From Lama glama (taxonomy: Eukaryota): a stretch of 64,000 nt of DNA. Positions 25,915 to 39,128 of this stretch are shown one piece after another (position 1 is the first letter of the stretch; every line of letters starts with the position of its first letter). The stretch covers positions 13,270,001 through 13,334,000 of the forward strand of contig CM052816.1 of the NCBI GenBank assembly GCA_028534125.1, written 5' to 3'. A model generated the notes under the pieces. It made no database searches, was not told where the DNA came from, and saw nothing but the letters and a program-made list of their open reading frames with translations. Made by a program: the position numbers and the translations under genes.

Positions 25915-26528
25915 GTCTTCTCATTATTTACTGTAGTTTCCAAAATAGTCTCAGTGAACATTGAATTAGCAAATAGTGAGAGTCCATTACTCTTAGGGCA
26001 AATGCAGGGTTAGGTTCCTTTTGATCCTCTGGTCACAATAAATTTCCCAACCCATCAGTATGTACCTTGTTGTATGTGTGTTTCTATTTAAAGACAGCTT
26101 ATGTAATAAATATCACTGATTCATTTCCATGGAACCTATGGCTAGTAGAACTGTAAATCACGCCCGATGACAGCTTTTTGGATATACTTCCTTCCTCCCT
26201 GAGGTACATCACAGCTTTCTTTTGCTTAGGAATACTGAGCCATTTTAAACAGGGAAATCGCCAATAAAAAGTACAAAAATGCACAAATATGGCATTAGGT
26301 ATATTGGGAAAAGGACACTTATTCACAGTATGAGAGCTGAAACAAAATAGTGTTTAATGGCGTGCTTTTGTTTGACCTCAGCTGGGAATGTGTGCATCGA
26401 GCCATTCAAATTTTTTGCCATTCTGTGCTTCTCCACAGATGGCCAGGAAGACACTGAGTATCGATTTTGGAGTTAACAAATAGATTTCAGCAAGTAGGGG
26501 AACTTGCAGATAATGAGAATCATCTCTA
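25915..26528 (-). mobile_element. MER82 (TcMar-Tigger) non-autonomous DNA transposon
   Basis: cagggttaggttcc..ctctggtcacaa..gccattttaaacag..aaaaggacactt..cagtatgagagctgaaacaa..gacctcagctgggaa..agcaagtagg match the MER82 reverse complement in order. Confidence 0.85.
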
Positions 26529-28819
26529 CCAGTTTACCCAATCATTGAATCTGTTTTTTAAAGTAGTATTACATCTGTTATGACCTGCTGTGATTTTTAG
26601 TCACTTAATGTTTCAGTTTCCATGGGCCATTTTAGTCGTCGTATCGAAAGTCACATTTGAGATCTTAAGCTTTGAAGATCCCAAGCATGCTACGAGAAAG
26701 GGGAGCGGATGCCGTGAGGCAAAATCGGCAGGTCATGTACCACGATGACTCTTGGATGGAAACATTTTCAAACCTTCATGGTAGCCCTGAGATCTGAAAT
26801 GAGTCACCAAGAGTCGTGCGCAGGGTAACTCTTATAAGGGTACCTATATTTTGAGGGTCTAGGCCTCTGACCAAGAAGGTACAAATGGACAGGAAGTGAG
26901 ATAAGTTGGTAGGGGGACAGAGAGTGAAAGCTGGTCATGGAGCGTGTACTTAAAAGGGAGCAAGAATACGGCCGAAGCAGGCGGACTGGGTACAGACCGT
27001 TGCAGCTGTATTTGCTGCCTGAAGAAGTCTGGATTTTATCTTCCACAAGACAAAGCTATGAGTTTTTGAGGGGCTGCATAAAAGAAGATTTTTTGGAACC
27101 TATATTTGATAGAACTCTTACCTGCCCAAAAGCATCAGTGCCGTTTCACCCACGGATACTCCTCCGTGTCTAGTTTGGTCTAAGTTTTTACAGTGGGAAT
27201 GTGATTGCACATTTGTGAGTAGTAGGAGGAGGTGGCTTTTTTAGGCTGCAATTCTTGGGTAGCGAAAGTTCATACCTGGTTAAGGTCTTGGCAACCTGCA
27301 GTTCTATGTGTAGTAAAGTAGGATTCCAAAAAAGCAGTGTCCATGCCCTCTAATGCCTATAACAGATAATGTCATGTAATTTAAGAGGGATTTATAAGTG
27401 AAGAAGGCCCTTAGTGCTGTAATAATGCAATAACCCTATAAAAGTAATAAAGAGTTGGGGCCTAGCAGTCATGACACTAGCTTAAGATAACAGTTTTTAC
27501 GTGTAGAAATTTTTTTTTTTCTCTATGGATTTTGATGTCAGTAAGGGGGAAATGCCAGCAGTTGTTCCAGTTTCTTTTTTTGCCATCGGTTTGTGTACCG
27601 ATGTTACACGTATTTCCTGTTGTCATAGAGGAGGATACTTTGGTCTGTGTCCTTCCTACTTTGATGAAGGAGAATGGGAATCCATTGTAATTTGAGATAA
27701 TCGCCCAGGAATTGTGTCTTTATGGGTATGTGGATGTTTGGCCCTTTGTGTATCAAATGTATGTTTTATATACCATTCCATTTAAGTATCAGGAAGAGAG
27801 AAGGGGGTGAGGGAGACTTCTCACAGAGAAGCGCTTCTCTGAAAAGGGACGTCCTTCATAGAGCAACTTATTGAAGCTCATGTTGTAAATCATGAAACAC
27901 AGGAAACAGCCCAGTGTGAGGTCACCGTCTTACTGCTACTTTGGTAACGTGAAGAAGCAGTTTTCAGGCACCTTGTTCACGTTTACTATGCTTCTGCCAA
28001 GCAGTCTTCAAATATAAAATAATGTTGATTTTCTGATTCTCGTAATTCTTGTCTCTGTGAAGTCAAAAACTACTTTCTCCATTGTTAGTTTTTAAAGTGT
28101 AGTTAAATAGTGTAGTTTTTAGTCATTCCAGTGTTTCTGGTTAATGTTAGGAACCTGTGGTAAGAATGTTTCATGTCAGCCACTCCTGGGGATCTGAAAA
28201 TTGTCTGGGTGGCACTCTTTTCATTGTATTCTTGAGTGTCCAAATTTGGAAAGTTTTAATGTTCTAGGTTTATAATTTTATTACAAAAGCACAGAAACCC
28301 AGTTTTTTATATATTGTTCAAGGCCCTAGGCCTCTTGCCCAATTATCTAAAAATACTGATGGCATGATACATGGGAAAATCAGAAACTGAAGTCAGAGTG
28401 AAATCATGCTGACTGTATTAAGTGGCTGGGTCAAGACCTATTTCCCTCATGTGTCCTCTTTCTTCTTTCCTTTGGGGGACCCCTCTGTAGCGATCAAAGA
28501 TGTGAGGTCAGTGGGACCTAGGTGGGAACGAATGAGGAGGCTTTGCCATTCTGAATGTCAGATGCCCTGGAATTCTATTCTTGTCATGAGGAAACGGAGA
28601 AGCAGGGAGAAACAGGGAGAAACAGGGAGTGGTGGACCGCAACGTGGCCTCTCGGTTGCCCACAGCTGGTGTCTCATTTAACCCACTGGATCTTGGCGTC
28701 ATCACTTGCCAGTTATTGCTAACTTTTCAGTCATTGAGTTTTAGCACATAAATTTAGGATTCTGACAGCCTGCAGCGTATCCCTCGCAGTAATCTGCCAC
28801 TTAGTAGAGGTGTAATGGT

Positions 28820-29150
28820 GTACGTTCAGTACCGCGGCGAAGAGCTTGGCATCTGGATCGGTGTACCTCATTTGGGATCCAGATACCACCGTTTTCTAGT
28901 TGTGTCACTTTCTCTGGGAACAGTGTCTTTCTGAGCCTACATTTCTTTTTCCGTAACATGGGGCTGAGAAATCATGCATGTCGAGATGAGAAAGTCGAGT
29001 TCCCACCGATGGCTAGGTCCGTGAGCTTGGGCAGGGGAGTTCTCTGAGTATGCGTTTTCTTTGGGGATAACAGCGGGACCTACCTCATACGGTTGTGGGG
29101 AAGACGGAATAAGCAACGTGGAGGTGATACACAGTGCTTGGTCCTCAAGG
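28820..29150 (+). mobile_element. MIR SINE (diverged, apparently two overlapping core pieces)
   Basis: aagagcttggcatctgga..ctagttgtgtcactt..ctgagcctacatttc..gtaacatgggg..acctacctcatacggttgtggggaagac. Confidence 0.7.
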
Positions 29151-32100
29151 CACAGTCATGGCTGCTGGTTCTCACCGAGATAGGGTTTCTGTTGTTGCCA
29201 TCTCTGGCTGTTTGCCATCATTGCACTGGAGGATCACCGTATGAGAACCAAAAGAATCCTGAGACAAGTGGGAGATCCAGCTCCTGCCCCCTGCAAGATG
29301 AAGTGGCTTGATTTGTGAGTCCCAGAAGGAGCCTGAAGTGCCAGGGAAGCTCAGTGAGTTCTATGCCAAAGATGGTGGCCCCGTGAGCTAGTGGTAGGAA
29401 TTGGAATTTCTCTGGTTGCCCTGTTCAGGGGGGTGTCCTCTGCATCAGAACGCTGTGCCATAGTAAAGGTGGAAATACACCGTGCCCGTTGCGTCAGGAA
29501 GGTTTCAGTCTTCCCGCCTTTCCCTAGGTGGCATCTTGCATGAGCACTTGAAGAGGTTTCACCCCTGACTTCCAGATCTCTTTGGACCCTGCCTAGGCAG
29601 TGTTTTCTGCTGTTCTCTAGTAGTTATCTTGATACTGTTCTGTTGTCTTTACTTTGAGTTTCCCCAAAAAGGCCCTACTCTGTATATCAAGAGACCTCTG
29701 CACATGTTATCTTCTTTGTCCTGACCTCCCTCCCTCCCCCCCTTAGCTTTGCAGCTGTTGGCATCAATGCCACTGTTTCCAGGAGCACGTCGCTGACACC
29801 TCTCTCTACCTAAATGTCCGTGCGTATTCTTCTGCGGCAGCAAGAATCACAGTGTATGACAATTGCCCGTTTCCTTGTATGTCCCCTACAGGGGGCTGTG
29901 GAAGCTTCATGAAAAGACATTGTCATGCTACATACACAGCCCGTTTTCTGTCTCCTGACTCCTGGTTAGGAACTTGATCGTCCTGCCTCCATTGCTCAGG
30001 AGTTTCTGATTCTGTCCCAGAACAGTTGGGGGCATCTCTTCCTCTTGGTTTTGCTACCATTTTCTCTTAGTGCCTTTTGGTAACTTTTCTAATGTCTTAC
30101 GGTCGATTGTTCCAATGTGTATCCCTAGGAAATGTTACTGAGAAAGTGCTCAAAATGGAGAGGAGCCGCAGAACTTGGGAGAGATAGTCCTCAGCTGGCA
30201 GTCTGAGAATCTGCATTCTGGTTCTCACAGAGCTGCCGCCTTGGTGGCCTTGGACGGCGGACCCTTTGACCTGATTCTCCGTTCTTATTTCTCATTCTTA
30301 AAGTGAAGGTAGTAGTAGAACCCATCGTGATAGACGTCACCGACGTGAAAATAACGGAGATGATTCCTATACTGCATGTGGCACAGTGCCTAACACGTAT
30401 TAAATGAACATGAGTGACAATAAATTGTAGATTAAATCAGTCAGTTATTTAACAGATTCCATGAGGTAACTGAAAGGAAAGAGATTCTGTTGAAACATAC
30501 AATTTTTCAGAGCGTTTTTTTTCCTGTGAAACCCCTGCATGGCCCCACTTGGCTATTCGTACTGTTGGACCGTGGCTGTCCTGGATTACCGTTGAAGGTC
30601 AGAGAGACCAGCTTGTCATTTTGAACACGGCGTCCGTGGAAGAGCTTATGTCCCAAGAGTGATGTCATCCCGGAGAAGCATCAGATGGCCATGAGCCAGG
30701 GCGTGATGGGATGAAAGACGTTCATTTCTCCTCTCTTCCTTCTCTGTGTTTTCTTTGCCACAAAAGTCTGTTCGCGTCAAGCCCAAACGTAGCATAGTAG
30801 GAACATTTCAGGTCAAGTCATCATGGAAATTTGAGGGCATTTGCATGTATTATGTGTTAGCAATTCAATCATCCTACAGTCAGTCACCATTTATTTGCAG
30901 TCCATCTTTTCTTTCCCAAAGAGATTGTCCGTTAATAATGAAAGAAGAGTAAATATGTAACAGTATTTAAGAAGAGATTCGTTTTAAGTATTTAATGTCA
31001 TTTCAGTTTTAACTTTCTAGTTGTAATTCAAAATAAGTAAATGAATACGAACGGATGTGAAGCATAGGTCCTGTGAAAAGGGTTTTGGCAGTTGGAAGCC
31101 TTGTCTTCTTACACCGGAAAGGCCTGTTCCTCAGGAGAGCCGTGAGCAGTGTATACGAATATCCCTGAGAAGACCAACGGTGGATGTGGTTCTTTGTTCT
31201 TCGGGCGCTTTTCGTTGGCATTCTGGTTGCTGAGGGATGTACTTGTGGTTTTCACTCTTCTGCTCAAACTCGCTCTTGTTCTGATGACTTTGCTGAAGTG
31301 GAACAGCAGAGCAACCAGCACGTTACAGCGAGACATTCCATGAGCTTACATCGAGACGTTTTACGTCAGAGCGGCAAACACCGGATCCCTTACGTGAATT
31401 TTTTAAAGGACTGAAACGAGAACCTCATGAGTTACAGAGCAAGTGTCATTCCGAGCGAACGTATTCATCCGATCCTTTGGCAAAAGGGACTTTCCTTCGA
31501 GTTGGTTTGTTTGCCTTTCACATTCCATGACCCGGTTGCCGATTCTTTTTTTGCAGCAGTGACTTGTTTAATCTCTTTCATGCTTTTGACTAAATCAAGT
31601 AGTCTGGTTTATTATTTTGAAACCACACAGGCTTATAAAACATCTGAAAGCAGAGTTTTGTGTATGCCCGCAGAGTGAAAAACGGTTTCAGTTTGAACAG
31701 ATGCGCTGCCTTCATTATGGTTATTTAGTGGGTGCTACTGAAAGCTGTTTGGTAAATGAATGATCCCTTTGAAGGCATTTGACACTCCCCCAGAAGGCAG
31801 GACCGTGGTCAGGGTTTCTTCCCAGTCTCTGTATTTCCACATATAGTTGAGAATGCGTTTGTGCATGTCTACACGTCCAGAAAGCCTGCTGGGATCATTA
31901 CTGGTCTTGCATCGAGTTTATAAATCAATGTGGCGAGAGCAGACGTGACTGATGTTTTCTATCCTTCCGTTTAGTTAGATACTCGTTTGTGTCTTTCCTC
32001 CGTGTTTGCTAGTGTTCCTTTAGAGCTCTGCCTGTTTTCCCCATTTATGCTCTTATTTTGTGTGTAGATGTGTTAGTTCTGCTCTAATTAAAGAATTAGA

Positions 32101-32949
32101 GTACATTTCATTTTTAATCGTTGTAATATCTTGGCTGAGGTTTAATGTTTATACAGTGTGCCTGGTGACCCTGCTCAATGTCTGTAATGTATTCTGATTT
32201 CTGGTAAGTATTTCTTTGAATTTCTGTCTGACGTCTTTCAGCGTCGTCCCTTTTCGGGACTTCTCTTCTACGTACGTTAGGCCACGTGACCTTGTGTGTC
32301 AGGTCTCTGAGGTGCCGTTGAATTTTCACCAGTTTCTTTCCTCTCTGTCCTTCAGAGCGTATGAATTCCACGGATATCGGGTATGCAACAGTTCACTTAA
32401 TCCTCCTGTTTTCTGTCAAGTACCTCGGCGCTCAACTCTGTCGGGAATCCTTCATCCCAGAGCCCTTTTATTTTGCTGTTTACCAAGAAAGGACTTTGGT
32501 CTTCTGTCCAGAAGGAGGGGATGGACAGGGCGAAAGGAAGGATCATAGCTTCTAGTCTCAAAAGTAGAAATCAAGACGACAGAGGAGTCCACCTCAGAGG
32601 AGACGGGAGCTATGCCGAGAGCAGGGGCTTCCCTGTAACCTATTCTGTATACGCTGAGAGAGAGGGAAGATAGTGCATTCATAACTGAAGCATAAGGAGT
32701 TTTTAAAAAGAGGGACGATTGAGCACGTAAAACCTGAGTGTTGGAAGTTATAAAGGTGAAAGTGTAAATGAAAAGCTCAATGGAAGATGGGGAGATTAGC
32801 GTAGAAAGAAGAGCAAAAAGACCGAGGGACAGAAAGTAGGGGAGAAATGGAGAGGAGCAGGCAAGGTGGACATCAGGAGGGAAGAGATCGTCCGCTACTG
32901 AAGTAGGAGAGATGGCACAGGGCTTCGGTGACCTGTGTCTTTTCCTGTC

Positions 32950-33810
32950 CGTTTATTGTAGTTAGAATTTTTGAAAAAGTTTACTGTGAAAGGAAGCATA
33001 CAGAAGAACAAACAAGACATGTGTATATCCACAGTCATAAATAATTATGAAGTTTGCTCTCAGGTGAGTACTGAGCAGGGAAAGAAAAGGAATACTGCCA
33101 ACACGTTGGAAATCTTCTTGTGACCTTGCGAGATTCCAGTGCCATTTTGCTCCCCTTCCCTAGAGGGAAGCTCTCACCTAAAACTTCACGGTAGTTACCT
33201 TTGAGCTTTTCTTCCTCCCTGACTACCCTCAAGCGGTGTAGCTGAGTTTGCATGTTTTTGCGCTGTAACGAATAGATTGATACCACACGGGCTATGTTGT
33301 GTCTGCTGGCTTTCACACTGTACAGTCCCCCCGTGGTAGTATGTATAACTACAGTTCCTTGTGTAGAATTACAGCCATGTGTATCTATTTCCATTCCATG
33401 AGTACTATGAACAGTGGAGTTGTGTCCGGTTCTGGTGTAACACAGGACATGGAGCTGTCAGCGTTGGTCCACGTGTTACTGGGTGCGCAGATTAACTTCT
33501 TGATACAGGGCAAGTGGCGGAGTTTCTGGATCTTAGGATATTCTCGTCTAAATCTTTACTGCGTAATGCCGAAGTGTCTTTAAAAGTGATGTACTATTTA
33601 TAGTCTGTCCTTTTTGTCAAGTGTTTTAATTTGTGCCAGCCTGGTGGGTCTGTCATGGTGTTTATTGGTGGTGTCAATTTACATTTCCTGGATGATCGGT
33701 GAGGCTGTTAAAACTTTTTATGTGTTTATTGGCCATTTGGAGTTCCTGTTTTATAAAGTACCTGTGAGTTTTTGTCCGTTTTTCTGGAGGGTTTTCTGCC
33801 CTTTCGTTTG
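32950..33810 (-). mobile_element. Ancient L1ME-type 3' fragment
   Basis: ctgctggctttcacact..tttacatttcctggatgatcggtgagg..tgtttattggccatttgga resembles old L1 antisense. Confidence 0.7.
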
Positions 33811-34064
33811 AAACGCATGTTTGTCTACATTTGTAAATATTCGCAGAGCACAGGTGCCCAGTGAGCTGAGCCTTAGACTTCAGCCTCAGCCCTGTGTTGC
33901 CGTGTTAGCTGACGGGTGCTCTGAACCAGGTTTTCCGTAAATGTTTTTTACCTAGCATTTTGTCTCTGATGGGCAGACTGGCCGCCATAACCTGGCCTGC
34001 CGTCTTCCTGAAGTGGTATTCCACAGCCTTTGGGCCCATTGTCCTGATTTGGACCCTTACCTCT

Positions 34065-34564
34065 NNNNNNNNNNNNNNNNNNNNNNNNNNNNNNNNNNNN
34101 NNNNNNNNNNNNNNNNNNNNNNNNNNNNNNNNNNNNNNNNNNNNNNNNNNNNNNNNNNNNNNNNNNNNNNNNNNNNNNNNNNNNNNNNNNNNNNNNNNNN
34201 NNNNNNNNNNNNNNNNNNNNNNNNNNNNNNNNNNNNNNNNNNNNNNNNNNNNNNNNNNNNNNNNNNNNNNNNNNNNNNNNNNNNNNNNNNNNNNNNNNNN
34301 NNNNNNNNNNNNNNNNNNNNNNNNNNNNNNNNNNNNNNNNNNNNNNNNNNNNNNNNNNNNNNNNNNNNNNNNNNNNNNNNNNNNNNNNNNNNNNNNNNNN
34401 NNNNNNNNNNNNNNNNNNNNNNNNNNNNNNNNNNNNNNNNNNNNNNNNNNNNNNNNNNNNNNNNNNNNNNNNNNNNNNNNNNNNNNNNNNNNNNNNNNNN
34501 NNNNNNNNNNNNNNNNNNNNNNNNNNNNNNNNNNNNNNNNNNNNNNNNNNNNNNNNNNNNNNNN
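34065..34564. other. Assembly gap (500 N)
   Basis: Run of exactly 500 N; the round number suggests a placeholder size. Confidence 1.
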
Positions 34565-36627
34565 CTGCTGCCATGGTACAGCGTGGATGAACTGTCCTTG
34601 TCGGGGCTGGATATCGGGCAGATACTTTCTGACAAACAGCAGAAGGGAGCTGATCACTTCAAGGAACACAACTGACAGTATTTCTTGCCTATCAAAACAC
34701 ATTAGAGGTGTCAAAGTACATTTACCATTTTGAAAACCTTCAGTCACTGAGTTTGTACATCTCTTTTGTATGGTATCACAAACGGTGTCTACATGTGTAA
34801 CACCTGTGTCACTTGGGGAGCCAGATTTTTCCCAGTGACTCCTGCTCGGTACTACAGAATCACACCTGCATCAAACATGCACATTCAAGGGGCAAGACAG
34901 ACCGATGGCTTTTCACGTAACACTTACAAACAACCCATTCCTGCACTCACTCACCTTTATAAAACTGGATGGTCCGACTTTGGTGTACTATCAAAAAAAA
35001 CCTCCTTACGATGACCAGAATTTACACTTCTCTTGGACCCTGAACCCTCCCTCACAGGGGAGGCTCTTGACAGCACTTCTGATTTCCTACGATCCTCCAG
35101 AAAGAGGAAGCACTTGGGGAGGGACAAAAAAGGAAGTTAAAGCCCGAGGGCTAAGGAGAGACGTTTTGCTGGAAGATCACCGCATGTGTGCCGGTATTTT
35201 ATATACTCTACACAATTTCCTAAAATGCTACTACTAAGGAAACAGACTCGGACTCAGGAGTTCACTCTGTTGGCCACTATCACACAGTTACAGCAGTGGA
35301 GCTAACAGTGGAACCACATTTGTCTATATATGTGTGTGTGTGTGTCTGTGTGCGTCTGTATATACACACACACACTGTATATAGCATATGTAGACAGAGC
35401 CAGATCTCTTCCCAGTAGTACTATGTATGAGCCAGAACCAGTTAACATGTGCTCTCCTGCCTATATCAAACTTGCAAAGTTCATGAATGCATTTCCACGC
35501 ACATTATAACTTCCATACGTGATGGGACTTCTGGATCCTCAGTGCCTGGCGTTCAGCTGCCAGCAAGTACGTGCTGAGACACACAGAATCATTTACGTGC
35601 CCCCTTTCCCTGCTTTTCAGTCTGTGTCACATTCCTCATCCATCCAGGATCCTCCTTCATCAGCTGCACTCCTCGCCACAGAATTCAATAGCAAAACCTC
35701 CTTCATACATTTTTCTTTCTCTCTCTAATATACACTCAGCAGCCTCAGGAGTCACTCGATACCCACCACTCTCTGCATTCTGCACCAATGCAGCATTCAA
35801 GGGCTCACCCACAACATGACTTTGTTCCTGGGACTCTTCTCTTACGGCAGAGCACTCTGGACACAGTCCCTTGCAGACAAAACCTTAGTACCTTCAGAAT
35901 GTCGCACACAGCTGTAAACACAAACGGAAGCAAAGAGCAGCACAGGTTAGCTTTTCCATGCAACACGTGTGCCACACGCACTCACCTCTGGCAAGCTTTC
36001 TCTTTCTTTCTGCCCTATATCCTTCTTAAAAGCTGTAATTCAATACGGTTTTCCTTTTGAGTTCTAACCACTTCCTACTTCACTGAACCCTAGCCCCTCT
36101 GAGCAGTGCCATGGGGGTCGCACGGGCCACTCGATGCCATTTTGCATTCATCTTTTCCTGCCAGGGGAGTTCACTAGAGGCCCTCCTAGTGCCCTTATGA
36201 CTGTGACAAAACCTGATTTTTTCCACTGCTGTCCGTGGTGCACTGGGCAGCTCCCCACGGACTCAGTTCTCGTCGAAGGGAGCCTGGAACGACTGCCTGA
36301 TGGAATGTCAAAAGCCTGCCCTACACTCCAGTTGCTTACAAGTGGATCCACCCATCTGTTCATTGACTTTTAACTTTCCTTTTTGTCATCTCTAGCTCAC
36401 AGATGAGTGACCTCAACACGTTTGCCAAAAGCTTTCATTGTAACCGACTTTGGGGAATACAGTCCTCACTTTGACACGTACACTGCTACTTTCCATTTTC
36501 ATAATACTTAAGCGTGCTTTCTCATCGCATCTCCACTTTTCCAGCAAGACAAAACAACAAACATTTATTGAATGCTTGCGAGATGCACAAACTATAGACT
36601 AGAATCCTGTACGTTCTCTTTTTTACA

Positions 36628-36628
<1 letters not shown>

Positions 36629-36678
<50 letters not shown>
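36629..36678. repeat. (CA)25 microsatellite
   Basis: Direct reading; perfect 50-bp tract. Confidence 0.98.
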
Positions 36679-36679
<1 letters not shown>

Positions 36680-38759
36680 CCTTCGCAGCTTACTCGTGAA
36701 GAAACAGTCCCACGGTAGTCTAGACCTATCCAACGTCAGGTCACCCGACCTTTAAAACGCTACATGTGGGATCGGAAGCATGTCCGTTTGACCACAAACA
36801 AGCTCCCTTTCGGCCTCCTACAACCACGAGACCACACAGAGGTCTCCTTTGCACAGGGTTCTAGACAGAACACATACCGTTCTATTCACGAAAAAGCTTT
36901 AAAACTCTCAAGTCCCGTCAAAGGACTACTTACACATTCTTCACACGGGTGTTTCTGTCATGTATATACATACATCTATAATGGCTTGAGGAAACATGAC
37001 AGAATTAACCTTACCAATCTTTCACTATTGCACTTATTTGACATACACTGAAAACACAGACAACTGGTTGGTCCCTAAAAATAGAAATCAGATGACACAC
37101 ACGGGCTGAGCAGGAAAAGGAGCATCTTCAGAACCGCAGCCAAGGAAGTTTCTGCTTCCCTCACATGGCTGCGTGCACTCCCTCCGGGCCCTCCTCCTTG
37201 TCTGTAAAACTCTGGCCCAGAGCGGCTCCACTCCATTAAGCACAGGTTTCCATTCATCCAGGGTGCCTCGTACCAGGCCCACAGCACACTCCGTTCAGGT
37301 TATTCTCTTCCACTGTGGGCGGTCAGTAGGCACTCCGTCCACGCTCCCAGATGTACCAGGGAATCGATGCCTTGCGACACGGAAGCATCCTGAGATGCTC
37401 CTGGACGGTGTTTAGAGAACAACATGAAACCCTGTGGCCTCTTCCCAGAACCAGGGCAGGGGGAACGTTGGCCTGTTGGCTAAGCCTCTAGATAAACAGA
37501 CGGTTGGCAACGTTCAGTACGCTTCCTTGAGGACAAACTTTAGAGGGAGCTTTGAGTTTGAGCCTCACTACACTGACATTGATAACACACACGGTCATTC
37601 TACACAAATTGCTGTCATTTTACAATTAACTTTCAACTGTTATTCCTAACACAGAACAACAACAATGACGAAACATAGAACAATGTCGTTTCTAACCATG
37701 ATACTAACCCAAACCATTTTAGTGACTTCGCTCTGAGTGACTTTCACCCCGTTGGACATCTACTCATGTTATTAGCTGCATTTATAAAAGATGACCTAGA
37801 GAAAGCTCACCAGTGCTTCAAGTTCATTCCTCAATGCCATCTCTTCTAGAAAGCCAGGCAGACCAAGAAGACCTCAGACAGAGGGGATGGGGTGTTTATG
37901 TGCTTGCTCACACGCAGGAGGAAAAGCATACTGTAGAGTTCCAGGATCAGCACACTGCTGCCTCCCCATTTTTGACACACACATCAAAAGAGAAGGAACG
38001 GGTCAGTCTCCAAAAACTACTTTTAGAGACTTCTGAGGTACGCAAGGTTAGAAACTCTCATCGCACAGTTTTACAAACTCCTCAGTCACACGGTACAGTT
38101 TTGTCTCTAACGTTATCGTGTAAGACGAAAATTCCTTATCAGGATGCAATATTGGAAGCCGCTGTATCATCTGTTAGGAAGTGTTTTAGGGTGGATTTTT
38201 CCTCCAGCATTAAAAAGATTACTATGATGTTGACAAATATGTCTTCATAAGCCAATGTGACAACATGTTGAGCATTCATGCCTAATGTAGTGGAGCCGCT
38301 GCGGGCCAGAGTTTTATCAGACAAGGAGGAGGGCCTGGAGGGAGCACACGGAGCCACGTGTGACAAAATGCTGAGCATTCATGAGTTTAAGTAGACGTAT
38401 ATCCACGGCACACATGCTTTCAACGGTTCTCTGGGTTTGAAAATTTTCAAAACGTACATTAGGAAAACAGTCATTATCTTTAAACACTACACCTACACTG
38501 ATGGTGGCAAGAAGTCTGCAACATGAACACTCGACCTAAAGCAGGAAAAGCAAGTCCACCTTTTCCATGTTGGCCTCCAGGACACATCTCGAGTGGGGAG
38601 GGCAGAACAGTCCTCACTGGTGGGACCCAAGTCCTGGAAAAAAGTCCTCATTGTCAAACTGGAAGGTCACATGAGGTCAGGTTTCTGCGTCACTCTTTTG
38701 TAAGTCGTAAGAAGCCGTCATTTCACCGAGGATGCCATGGGGAACCAGACATTCAAACA

Positions 38760-39058
38760 CACTCACACCTCACAGGGACTGCGCGTTCGCTGCCAGACCA
38801 CCTCGAGAAGGCAGATATTGCGATACAGCAAGTCAGACGACTTTGCTGCTTTCCCAGTACGTGTTAAAATTGTTTACACTGTTAACTGTGCAGTAGCATC
38901 GTGTCTAAAAAACTATGCAAATACGTTTATTTAAAAACACTCTTTGCTAAAAAATACTAACCATCTGACAACACACGGTTACCACCAACTCTCAGTCTGT
39001 AAGAACTGCAACCTCTGTGAAGTGTCACTAAGCAAAGTAATAAAACGAGGTATGCCTG
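38760..39058 (-). mobile_element. Internally deleted Tigger1 derivative (~300 bp, Tigger1a-like MITE)
   Basis: Right end aataaaacgaggtatgcctg followed by TA is the Tigger1 terminal inverted repeat. The left end cactcacacctc..gttcgctgccagaccacc is the degraded opposite end. Internal gcagtagcatcgtgtctaaaaa..tgctaaaaaatactaaccatctga matches the Tigger1 3' region. Confidence 0.85.
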
Positions 39059-39128
39059 TAACATGTTTCCACTTACTAGAGACACGGTTAGAAACGTCAT
39101 GGGACTTGATTCCATTTAGAAACATGCC

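Noticed and set aside
31184..31678. Two consecutive same-frame + strand ORFs (76 aa and 83 aa) separated by one stop
   Set aside because: No recognisable domain, no convincing splice sites and no poly-A/TSD. Compatible with chance in a locally GC-raised region. tBLASTn would settle it.
33905..34747. Long ORFs of 192-280 aa in the ORF track
   Set aside because: Artefacts of translating through the 500-N gap.
37813..38250. 145-aa + strand ORF
   Set aside because: Non-ATG start, no recognisable motif or exon boundaries.
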